A stretch of DNA of 64,000 nucleotides, from assembly GCF_932526225.1 (NCBI RefSeq), contig NC_064039.1, forward strand, positions 6,257,459 through 6,321,458, given 5' to 3'. The notes below the pieces were generated by a model, which saw nothing but the letters and a program-made list of their open reading frames with translations, was not told the DNA's origin and made no database searches. A program made the position numbers and the translations under genes. The first letter of the stretch is position 1. Every line of letters begins with the position of its first letter. Of this stretch, positions 46,734-53,853 are shown piece after piece. The stretch is from Nematostella vectensis. Taxonomy: Eukaryota.

Positions 46734-47660
46734 ATGGAGGAACGAACAGTTGAACGTACGGCTGAAGATCGGTCACCACCACCATATAATATCCTCGGCG
46801 GACCGGTGCCTGAGATTAACGCCCCCACCCTCATGCCGGAATTTGCACTGTTTGACCGAGCCCTCACCGAATACGAGACTAGTAGAGCCTCCTTGGGAGA
46901 CGAGGATAGTAGTAACACCCTTTGCAATCATGGCGACCTAGTCACAGAGGACGGGGTCACTAGTTGCTTAGAGTGCGGGGAACAGATGCAGCGCGTGATC
47001 GCGCACGAAAGGGAATGGGGTTTTTACGGACATTCCGACGGCGAACGGTCTTCGGATCCAAGTCGGGTCCAGGTACGTAGGTCTGAGGATAGAAATATTG
47101 ACAAGGATGTGGAGAACATGGGTTTTAGCGGGGTAATTGTATCCAAAGCTAACGAGATATACACTCAGGTGACGAAAGGCCAGATTTTTCGCGGCGACCC
47201 ACGGAAGGCGGTCGTCTTTGCGTGTATCTACTACGCCTACAAGATGTCCGGTAAGTGTCAGACACCGAAAACCTTGATGGAAACTTTTGGATTGAGCAGG
47301 AAGAGTTGCCTTAAGGGTCTAAAAATCTTTAGTATTAACGTGCCTAAAGATTACTTACTACACGGAACGTCTCCCACCGTCGTGGACCACATTCACGATG
47401 TGATGGATAGATTCTCGGCGTCCCCCGCACAGAAGGGAGAGGTGGTCCAGCTCTACTACAGATCTAAGAACCGCTCGTCTGAGTTGAATCGCGCTCGCCC
47501 ACAATCCTTTGCGGTCGCTTTAACCTATTACTGGGTACGGCTAAAGGGGGTCGATATTACACTTAAAAAATTCTCCGAAAGAACGGGCGTCTCCGAGTTA
47601 ACCATCAGTAGGAAAGCGAGAGAAGTGGCCACAGTCCTGGGTACGCCTGGTGTGGTATGA
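46734..47660 (+). CDS. Element-encoded TFIIB-like transcription initiation factor (zinc ribbon + B-reader-like segment + two cyclin folds)
   Basis: 308 aa. CNHGDLVTEDGVTSCLECG..REWGFY..SDPSRVQ parallels TFIIB CPNHPDAILVED..ICPECG..SEWRTF..KDPSRVG. RGDPRKAVVFACIYYAYKMSG..TLMETFGLSRKSCLKGLKIF parallels the first cyclin repeat ([42 protein letters not shown]). RARPQSFAVALTYYWVRLKGVDITLKKFSERTGVSELTISRKAREV parallels the second ([38 protein letters not shown]). The comparison is from memory of the TFIIB sequence, not a computed alignment. Confidence 0.8.
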   Translation: MEERTVERTAEDRSPPPYNILGGPVPEINAPTLMPEFALFDRALTEYETSRASLGDEDSSNTLCNHGDLVTEDGVTSCLECGEQMQRVIAHEREWGFYGHSDGERSSDPSRVQVRRSEDRNIDKDVENMGFSGVIVSKANEIYTQVTKGQIFRGDPRKAVVFACIYYAYKMSGKCQTPKTLMETFGLSRKSCLKGLKIFSINVPKDYLLHGTSPTVVDHIHDVMDRFSASPAQKGEVVQLYYRSKNRSSELNRARPQSFAVALTYYWVRLKGVDITLKKFSERTGVSELTISRKAREVATVLGTPGVV

Positions 47661-47749
47661 TGTTTCCTGATTTCCAGAGAAATCAGGATTTCCAGAAAAC
47701 TGTCAGTTCGGAGTAGATGTGAATTAACACGTCTAAAGAAATTCGAAAA

Positions 47750-47764
47750 AAGTGGTTTAAAGAC
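47750..47764 (+). promoter_or_regulatory. Early-type TATA-like box AAGTGGTTTAAAGAC (ankyrin gene)
   Basis: TTTAAAG starts 26 nt before the ATG at 47782. Confidence 0.6.
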
Positions 47765-47781
47765 GTGGATGTAATAACAAA

Positions 47782-48606
47782 ATGGATATGCAAAGTGCTG
47801 GAAGTCTTACAAATCTCACCGTGGAGGATCAAGCCGCCACCTTAGCGAGGTGGGGAGCCGCAGACTTTGACGCCGTTATGGAGCGCGCGGCGTGGGAGGG
47901 GTGCGTCGAGACCGTGAGGTTGTGTAAGAGTTGGGGTGCGACGGATTTCGAAAAGCCGATGGTCAGGGCCGCAATGAACGGCCACACCGAGATCGTTAAG
48001 ATGTGTTGTGAGTCGGGCGCCTGTGACTTCGTGTATCCAGCGTCCATGGCCGCGAAAGGCGGGCACGTAGAGGTTTTGAAGGTGATGGGCGAGTATTGTG
48101 CCGACGGAGGAGAGGCCATGACCGAGGCCATGGGTGCTGCGGCGGCGGAAGGTCAGGTGGGGGTTGTTGAGTTGTTGATAGATCTAGGTGTCGATGTCGA
48201 TGTCGGTTGGGCCACCGCTGAGGCGGCGTACAATGGGCACGTTGAGGTTCTGAAGCTGCTGAGAGAAAACTTCTGGGAGTTTGACCCGGACTATGCTATA
48301 ACACCAGCCATCGAATCTCGCAACCTCGAGATTGTGAGGTTGTGCTTGGAGTGGGGCGCGACCGATCTCATTGTACATATGAACTACGCACGGTTTTGGC
48401 ATCTGCATAAGATTTTCGCGGTGCTACGTGCGGCGTGGGGGTGGAGTCTTGTGCATGAGGAGCTCCCGGAGAAGCTACACAAGGTGAGATTCCGTAGAAA
48501 GCTGGAGGACGAACTAATGCCAGTAGCTTGGCATCCGGACAGGTTTTGGGATTGGTGCATGGATGAGCAAGAGAAGGAAATGTTGGGAGAATGCTTCGCC
48601 AGGTAG
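47782..48606 (+). CDS. Element ORF: ankyrin-repeat protein with a Trp/Cys-rich C-terminal tail
   Basis: 274 aa with about 6 repeats bearing the ankyrin signature: AAWEGCVETVRLC, AAMNGHTEIVKMC, AAKGGHVEVLKVM, AAAEGQVGVVELL, AAYNGHVEVLKLL, ESRNLEIVRLCLEWGA. The tail is VAWHPDRFWDWCMDEQEKE. The early-type box lies at 47750..47764. Confidence 0.75.
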   Translation: MDMQSAGSLTNLTVEDQAATLARWGAADFDAVMERAAWEGCVETVRLCKSWGATDFEKPMVRAAMNGHTEIVKMCCESGACDFVYPASMAAKGGHVEVLKVMGEYCADGGEAMTEAMGAAAAEGQVGVVELLIDLGVDVDVGWATAEAAYNGHVEVLKLLRENFWEFDPDYAITPAIESRNLEIVRLCLEWGATDLIVHMNYARFWHLHKIFAVLRAAWGWSLVHEELPEKLHKVRFRRKLEDELMPVAWHPDRFWDWCMDEQEKEMLGECFAR

Positions 48607-48647
48607 ACGCCGACCGGCTAGAAGGCGGGTATCGCGTGTTGGATTGA

Positions 48648-48663
48648 AAAGTGATTTAAGGAC
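48648..48663 (+). promoter_or_regulatory. Early-type box AAAGTGATTTAAGGAC (zinc-ribbon gene)
   Basis: It directly abuts the ATG at 48664 and lies 27 nt before the second ATG at 48682. Confidence 0.55.
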
Positions 48664-49011
48664 ATGACCGGTTTGATAGAAATGGAGAACCAAACGGTGA
48701 AAGACTCGAAAGTATCCCCCGTAAAGCGAACAACGGATTATAAGTGTCTTCATGGCAGAGTGAAATATTATTGCAAAGATTGTCACGGATCGCAAATCTG
48801 CCCTCACAACCGGAGAAAAACGCGGTGCAGAGAATGTAACGGCGGTAGCATTTGTGAGCACAGACGAGCAAGATATGTCTGTAAAGACTGCAAGGGGAAA
48901 GGGATGTGTGAACACAGCAAACAGAGACCCTTTTGTAAGTTATGCGGAGGGTCTCAAATATGCGAACACGATAGACAAAAGCACCATTGCAGAACGTGTA
49001 ACGGAAATTAA
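48664..49011 (+). CDS. Element ORF: tandem Cys/His zinc-ribbon repeat protein (putative nucleic-acid binding)
   Basis: 115 aa with four tandem units of C-x-H-x(4-6)-C-x2-C-x-G-x3: CLHGRVKYYCKDCHGSQI / CPHNRRKTRCRECNGGSI / CEHRRARYVCKDCKGKGM / CEHSKQRPFCKLCGGSQI / CEHDRQKHHCRTCNG. It shares the N-terminal MTGLIEMEN and the promoter with the PolB gene. The functional start may be the second ATG at 48682. Confidence 0.6.
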   Translation: MTGLIEMENQTVKDSKVSPVKRTTDYKCLHGRVKYYCKDCHGSQICPHNRRKTRCRECNGGSICEHRRARYVCKDCKGKGMCEHSKQRPFCKLCGGSQICEHDRQKHHCRTCNGN

Positions 49012-49026
49012 CATTGACCCACTCAG

Positions 49027-49053
49027 TTTTGTAACGCGTCTCACGTTACAAAA
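49027..49053. terminator. Perfect 10-bp stem hairpin at the convergence point of the plus and minus gene blocks
   Basis: TTTTGTAACG-cgtctca-CGTTACAAAA, 16 nt after the stop codon of the zinc-ribbon gene. A role in 3' end formation is speculative. Confidence 0.3.
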
Positions 49054-49208
49054 CACATACATTCCTAATCACCCTAACAACTAGCGATTCTGAAAATAGG
49101 TTTTGTATTTACATTGAGAGTTCGCGGTCGCCAGGGTGGTCTGGTATGCACGTGAACAGGTATTGTCTTCTTGCGGTACGTCACATCCGTCCACATGCAC
49201 CCCGCATG

Positions 49209-50735
49209 TTACCGGAATAGATACCAAGCTAAACCAGCCGTAAAGGCTGTGATCGTGACAAGGTTATTTTCGTGCTGCGTGTTCGTGGGTTTAATCACGT
49301 CCGGCTTTGGGTTAGTTTTCGCCTCCGGTTCCGGTTTGTGAGCCGTGACTGACTCGGTATGAGGTAACACAATCTTTGAATGACCCATATTATGTTTAGG
49401 GATCGTTTTTATCTCGTTATTTATCGGATTCAGCCCCAGTTTCATATCAGTGGTGGCTTTTTGTAACTTGTTATTATAGCCAGCGATCGAAGTGTTGTTA
49501 TTTATCACAAGATACGATGGACTTAACCAACAGCCGAGGGCGAAAGCTAGGTCTAGTTTTTGTCTCGCCTGTTGTAAAGCAAACTGATACCGTTGTATAC
49601 TTTTCGATATACTGTTTTCCACCACCGCGCTTTCGAAGAGTTTCGTGAAGACCTGTTTCGTTTCCTGAGCTGAACCGCTATCGCCGACGATTGACGACCG
49701 GGTCTGAACTTGCGCGCCTAGAATACAGTAGACAAAGGCTTCGATGCTCTGGTTTATCCTAGACAACCCAGCTTTGGTTAACCCCATTGATTTTTCCGGA
49801 AAGAACCACTCATACTGAAACCCAGTTCTAAGGTCTTTCAGGTACTCGATCTCAAAGTGATTCATGTGTTCGTGGTCGCTTTTGGCAGCGTCCCATTCGT
49901 CGTGTAATTGATCAATGGTGCCATAAGGCTTATACTTGTCGTTAGAAGATGACAAGCCGTGATAATCATAATTATAAACGTTCCCTAACCCGTGATTTAT
50001 CGGTCTGAGGAACCGGAAATCGTCACCAGTTCGGAATTCTGTTCTTAGTTTTTGGTAAGCCGCTTCGCTGTAAAAGTTTTTATTCCAACTAAAGAGCCTA
50101 TCTTTTGGAAGAGGGCATTGTAGCTCGTTTAATATTCGTCTGATAGTGAAAATGATGTGAAATCTGTAGAATGACCCCACTTGAGAGTCGTCAATCATGT
50201 CACGCGTCACACCACATCCAGCAGTCGCGCAAAACATAGCAAAATTTAAGGCTTGACTCCAATAACTGAGGTTTGGGGCGTCGAGCCACCTACTAGCCTC
50301 CTTTGCTGTTCTGAATACTAGCAAGCTGTCGGTGAATATGTCCCTAAAAACAAAGTGTGTCTTCACCTTTGGTGTTATAAAAACATTAAAAGAGACGTAA
50401 TTATTTCTCGTAGGGTTTTCGTCCCACGGCAATATCTTGTACTCTGCACGCGCGTCTAGTCTGTATTGTTTTGGGAACCCAAACAGTTGCTGGATCGTTT
50501 CCTTGTATGCTTGTGTGTCGTCGGCGACTAGAAAATCCTGGATATTCTCGGGTTTCCAGCTATTACCAGGGAAGTGATATAACGTTTTGACTAGATTCCC
50601 ATTCTTGTCGAATGGATCGTATTCGTCCCCATTGAAAACGAATTGCACATTGCCGTGCCCGTCGGCAGAGAACCTGAAGCGTGAGTAGTAGGGGTACCTT
50701 TTCACAAATTCTGTAAACTTCATCTTATATGACAT
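49209..50735 (-). CDS. Element ORF: 508-aa protein of unknown function with a C-terminal transmembrane anchor
   Basis: Long uninterrupted ATG ORF in the minus-strand gene block. The box GATTTAAAAAC lies upstream at 50743..50755. The C-terminus NLVTITAFTAGLAWYLFR is hydrophobic. I recognise no family motif. Confidence 0.6.
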   Translation of the reverse strand: MSYKMKFTEFVKRYPYYSRFRFSADGHGNVQFVFNGDEYDPFDKNGNLVKTLYHFPGNSWKPENIQDFLVADDTQAYKETIQQLFGFPKQYRLDARAEYKILPWDENPTRNNYVSFNVFITPKVKTHFVFRDIFTDSLLVFRTAKEASRWLDAPNLSYWSQALNFAMFCATAGCGVTRDMIDDSQVGSFYRFHIIFTIRRILNELQCPLPKDRLFSWNKNFYSEAAYQKLRTEFRTGDDFRFLRPINHGLGNVYNYDYHGLSSSNDKYKPYGTIDQLHDEWDAAKSDHEHMNHFEIEYLKDLRTGFQYEWFFPEKSMGLTKAGLSRINQSIEAFVYCILGAQVQTRSSIVGDSGSAQETKQVFTKLFESAVVENSISKSIQRYQFALQQARQKLDLAFALGCWLSPSYLVINNNTSIAGYNNKLQKATTDMKLGLNPINNEIKTIPKHNMGHSKIVLPHTESVTAHKPEPEAKTNPKPDVIKPTNTQHENNLVTITAFTAGLAWYLFR

Positions 50736-50742
50736 ATAAGAT

Positions 50743-50755
50743 GTTTTTAAATCAG
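50743..50755 (-). promoter_or_regulatory. Variant box CTGATTTAAAAAC (ORF 49209..50735)
   Basis: It lies 9 nt before the first ATG at 50735 and ~21 nt before the second ATG (MSYKM). Confidence 0.4.
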
Positions 50756-50813
50756 TCCTTTACGCATCTCAATTCATAGATCCATCCGACGGGAGTTCTC
50801 TCGTACAGAAATT

Positions 50814-51419
50814 TCACCGAGCGGGTCGACTCGCCAGGTCTTTCAAAATCTCTTCTCTTACTGTTTCCCTCAGCTTGGTAATGTTTACGTTTTTTTCGTC
50901 CTCTCTTACCGACTTTTGACGGATCTGGAGCTTTAGAGCCTCAAACTTGTCCACCTCGTTCAAGATTAAAGAGAACTCTTCGTCTGATATTTTGTTGTCT
51001 TTTAAAGCTTTAGAGACCAGGTCGCGTATGCTATTTACTTTTGCCTTTGCCATCGCCGCTGTTTGGTCGTGCTTGGAGACTTTTTGCGACAGCCGTTTAG
51101 AAACCGCCGCACAGCCTACAGACGTAAGACCGAAAACACCGGCCAAAGCACCCAACGGAACTCCGACGACGATACCAAAACCTGACAGAGAAGTCCCCAA
51201 ACCACTAGACCCAAGAATGACGGATAAGAGTCCTAAGACCACACTTAACTTTGAAAACACGCTCTGCCCTCGTTTATACTTTTTCCTCACGTTCTCGTAA
51301 TGTTTAACTTCTTGCTCCAAACTTCCCAAAACATCGTGGGTCTTTTGGAGTCTGAAGTTATCACCCGAGGGGCTGACCCCTCGGGGTACGTTCGGGTAGA
51401 TTGAGTTGTACTCTTCCAT
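50814..51419 (-). CDS. Element ORF: two-pass glycine-zipper membrane protein with a C-terminal coiled coil (201 aa)
   Basis: Central segment LSVVLGLLSVILGSSGLGTSLSGFGIVVGVPLGALAGVFGLTSVGCAAV, followed by a charged helical tail. The box CACTTAAAGAA lies upstream at 51442..51455. Confidence 0.6.
   Translation of the reverse strand: MEEYNSIYPNVPRGVSPSGDNFRLQKTHDVLGSLEQEVKHYENVRKKYKRGQSVFSKLSVVLGLLSVILGSSGLGTSLSGFGIVVGVPLGALAGVFGLTSVGCAAVSKRLSQKVSKHDQTAAMAKAKVNSIRDLVSKALKDNKISDEEFSLILNEVDKFEALKLQIRQKSVREDEKNVNITKLRETVREEILKDLASRPAR
51366..51384 (-). other. Related palindrome CCGAGGGGTCAGCCCCTCG inside ORF 50814..51419
   Basis: It shares the GAGGGG-N-CCCCTC arms with the other copies and encodes PRGVSPS. 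Confidence 0.4.
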
Positions 51420-51441
51420 AGCTTTATTATGGGGAGAATTT

Positions 51442-51455
51442 ATTCTTTAAGTGAT
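51442..51455 (-). promoter_or_regulatory. Variant box ATCACTTAAAGAAT (ORF 50814..51419)
   Basis: It lies ~25 nt before the ATG at 51419 and overlaps the stop codon of the penton candidate. Confidence 0.45.
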
Positions 51456-52070
51456 TTCTAAAATTAGACGTATCGGGTAGAGACCGCGCTCTATTGTGTT
51501 TCCGTCACCACCCTTTATACTAAGACGGAGACTACTCACGTAACCGACTGATGTGGTGCTAACCCGTACCGGATCGCTTGGATTGAGGTATATCTTTCCT
51601 TCATCAAGCTCTACACTTGCTAGGATTTGTGAGGGCGCCCCTTGTTGGAGGGAGTCAGACGCGTTCACAAGATCGCAGTGGATAAAAATAGCCTCGTGAC
51701 CTATCATCTTTATCTCGTGGCGAGTGTTTGCTTCCAGCTCCCTGGTCTTGAGTCCTAACAGGCAGGCGAGCGGCTCATTCAACGCGACGTTCCGGTGAAC
51801 TTCGAGTGACGAGTCTCTAATAGAGACTGACTTTTCACCAAGACGCATACCCCCATCTATTTGACGTTTTAGCGTCTCGATCGTATACTGCCCCGCGGGG
51901 ATCCTAAGGATAATGTTCTCACCGTCGGAGACCGTTCCCTCGCTTGAGAGACTGTTACAACGATTATGAAACGCACATCCTCGCAGCGCGATAAACCGCG
52001 GCTTTTCAATAGGTTGTTCTAAATAGACAGTAAAGTCACCAACGTTTCCTTCAATGTAGAGTAATACCAT
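51447..52070 (-). CDS. Element ORF: candidate minor capsid (penton, single jelly-roll) protein, 207 aa
   Basis: The size, beta-rich composition and position within the morphogenesis block fit a Polinton minor capsid protein. The motif AIFIHCDLV..S resembles penton-like proteins I recall from invertebrate Polintons. No structure prediction was possible here. Confidence 0.45.
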   Translation of the reverse strand: MVLLYIEGNVGDFTVYLEQPIEKPRFIALRGCAFHNRCNSLSSEGTVSDGENIILRIPAGQYTIETLKRQIDGGMRLGEKSVSIRDSSLEVHRNVALNEPLACLLGLKTRELEANTRHEIKMIGHEAIFIHCDLVNASDSLQQGAPSQILASVELDEGKIYLNPSDPVRVSTTSVGYVSSLRLSIKGGDGNTIERGLYPIRLILEIT

Positions 52071-52073
52071 TTG

Positions 52074-53096
52074 TTATGATTTCCGTCTCCTTTTAAATCG
52101 TTCTACGGAATACAGGACGACAGCGACGATGAGAAGCCATGCGTTTTTAGCTAAAAAGCCAACAACTTCACCTGCCGTTCTAAATATGAAACTAGCTATA
52201 GCACCAACCATTCCTGGGAGTATTTCTCCTAATTTTTTGCCTATTGTTTTCAGACCATTTCCAACACCTTTTGCAACACTAGTCAGCCCAGCTTTCAGAT
52301 TAGAGACAATAACACCGATAACAACGCCCACAGCGGTAACGACAGCAGCGACTGTAAATCCGTATTTCTTAAAAATCGCTTTGACACGATCTTTCAACGA
52401 CATTCTCTCTTCAAGATTTTCTCTCTCCAATTGATTCTCTTCCAAAGTCTCATCTATGACAGAATTTCTTTCGCTGAGCTCTTCATTTTTACGATCTATA
52501 GCTCTTAGTCTTTCTTGGTTAGTTGTTTCACTTCGTTCCTCATTATTTTTTCTCATTTGCTCGGTGTTTCTCTCTTCTTCTTCTCTGAGTGTATTACCTG
52601 TAGCGTCTAGTTCATCGAGTTGAATCTGAATTTGCTTGTACTTTCCGGATCTGATTTTGTCGTCAACACTCTTCCGCACCGTTCTATCCTCATTATACAA
52701 CCTTTCTGGTCTAGTCCAACCACCTTTTCTCGCAGAATAGAAGGAAATGAATTGTTTTCCTCTCTCATCCGTTGAAATCTGAACTAGATTTTCATCAAGA
52801 TCTGGATATTTCGATAACAAAAGGTCTACCCTAAGTGTGTCCGTTGAAGGAGAACCTCCCATATTCTGTAACTCCATGTACTCGGGGACAGCCCTCCCGG
52901 GGTTTCGTGTTTTCCATAAGTCAGTCAACCTCCTACTCACATAGCTTGCACCTCTACCAAATCTGTTTGAAATCCTTTCATTCCATGATTCTCTTCCCTC
53001 ACCATCGTTTGGAATAAGAGAGTCATAATCTTCGTCTACAGTAGTATTCAAATCTTCTCTACCTTCTTCTGTTGTGGGATCAAAATCTATATCCAT
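52074..53096 (-). CDS. Element ORF: coiled-coil protein with C-terminal multi-helix glycine-rich membrane domain (340 aa)
   Basis: A central E/R/N-rich heptad-like region (LREEEERNTEQMRKNNEERSETTNQERLRAIDRKNEELSERN) is followed by FTVAAVVTAVGVVIGVIV, ILPGMVGAIASFIF and AWLLIVAVVLY. The box GACTTAAAGATT lies upstream at 53121..53133. Confidence 0.6.
   Translation of the reverse strand: MDIDFDPTTEEGREDLNTTVDEDYDSLIPNDGEGRESWNERISNRFGRGASYVSRRLTDLWKTRNPGRAVPEYMELQNMGGSPSTDTLRVDLLLSKYPDLDENLVQISTDERGKQFISFYSARKGGWTRPERLYNEDRTVRKSVDDKIRSGKYKQIQIQLDELDATGNTLREEEERNTEQMRKNNEERSETTNQERLRAIDRKNEELSERNSVIDETLEENQLERENLEERMSLKDRVKAIFKKYGFTVAAVVTAVGVVIGVIVSNLKAGLTSVAKGVGNGLKTIGKKLGEILPGMVGAIASFIFRTAGEVVGFLAKNAWLLIVAVVLYSVERFKRRRKS
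52089..52100 (-). promoter_or_regulatory. Variant box CGATTTAAAAGG (penton candidate), inside the 3' coding end of the upstream gene
   Basis: It lies ~20-25 nt before the ATG at 52070 and is encoded within ..ERFKRRRKS* of ORF 52074..53096. Confidence 0.4.
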
Positions 53097-53120
53097 TTCT
53101 TATTTTGTTTGAAAATAAGA

Positions 53121-53133
53121 AATCTTTAAGTCG
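53121..53133 (-). promoter_or_regulatory. Late-type box CGACTTAAAGATT (ORF 52074..53096)
   Basis: It lies 34 nt before the ATG at 53096. Confidence 0.5.
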
Positions 53134-53140
53134 TGCCAGC

Positions 53141-53557
53141 TCATATCCACCTACTCGCTACATAGCCAAGGGCTAACATTCCACCTCCAACGTACGCCAT
53201 CTCTCCCATCTTTTGGTTGCTACTTGGTCTGTAGTAATCTGAGAGCTCAGGCTCTTTCAAATCAAAATCTGGATGTGTTTGAGCGTATAGTTTGAAAGCC
53301 TCATCCGTCTCTTTATCGTTCTCATCCGCACGAACTTTATCGTTGTATTGTTCAGTCAACCAATCCTGGTATTCCTGTCTTTTTTTCTGCCAATCACCCA
53401 TTGCTTGTTGATACTTTTCAAGCGCTTTATCGTGTCTTATTTTTTCTTTATCAACATGAGTAGCGTCAGAAGACAAGTATCTCGCTAGGTAACTCCCTCC
53501 GACAAACGCCGTCGCATTAATAAAAGCCCCACCAATCATAAATGCTATACTCGCCAT
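53141..53557 (-). CDS. Element ORF: small membrane protein (138 aa; N- and C-terminal hydrophobic helices)
   Basis: MASIAFMIGGAFINATAFVGGSYLA at the N-terminus and MAYVGGGMLALGYVASRWI at the C-terminus. The box GACTTAAAGATC lies upstream at 53575..53588. Confidence 0.55.
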   Translation of the reverse strand: MASIAFMIGGAFINATAFVGGSYLARYLSSDATHVDKEKIRHDKALEKYQQAMGDWQKKRQEYQDWLTEQYNDKVRADENDKETDEAFKLYAQTHPDFDLKEPELSDYYRPSSNQKMGEMAYVGGGMLALGYVASRWI

Positions 53558-53574
53558 TTATTAATCAATCTATA

Positions 53575-53588
53575 AGATCTTTAAGTCG
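53575..53588 (-). promoter_or_regulatory. Late-type box CGACTTAAAGATCT (ORF 53141..53557)
   Basis: It lies 28 nt before the ATG at 53557. Confidence 0.5.
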
Positions 53589-53589
53589 C

Positions 53590-53814
53590 CTACAGCGGTT
53601 TTGGCAAAATCTTTTGTGTTTCCAGATAATCTTTCAGATACATACTACCGGACAGGACAGCAACCCATTTAGCGTAGTTTGTAACACTTGACGAAGGGTC
53701 GCTGATGAATGACTCTTTCATAGCCTTTTTAGCAACATAACCCACGCCGGCGGCTAATCCGATGATGACTGCTGAGTCGGTGATCGTTTTCACAAGTTTG
53801 TTTTCAGTTGACAT
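53590..53814 (-). CDS. Element ORF: small membrane protein (74 aa)
   Basis: Hydrophobic segments AVIIGLAAGVGYVA and WVAVLSGSMYL. The perfect late-type box GTGATTTAAAGATT lies upstream at 53840..53853. Confidence 0.5.
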   Translation of the reverse strand: MSTENKLVKTITDSAVIIGLAAGVGYVAKKAMKESFISDPSSSVTNYAKWVAVLSGSMYLKDYLETQKILPKPL

Positions 53815-53839
53815 GATTTTATTTATTACAGATTCAGAT

Positions 53840-53853
53840 AATCTTTAAATCAC
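53840..53853 (-). promoter_or_regulatory. Late-type box GTGATTTAAAGATT (ORF 53590..53814)
   Basis: It lies 35 nt before the ATG at 53814. The 14-mer is identical to the one at 54335..54348. Confidence 0.55.

Noticed and set aside
46717-46941. 74-aa ORF starting at the ATG that abuts the class-1 box (MNSLIKWRNEQ...)
   Set aside because: It is out of frame with, and nested in, the TFIIB-like gene. Comparison with the PolB and zinc-ribbon leaders shows a 1-nt deletion that makes the second ATG (46734) the functional one.
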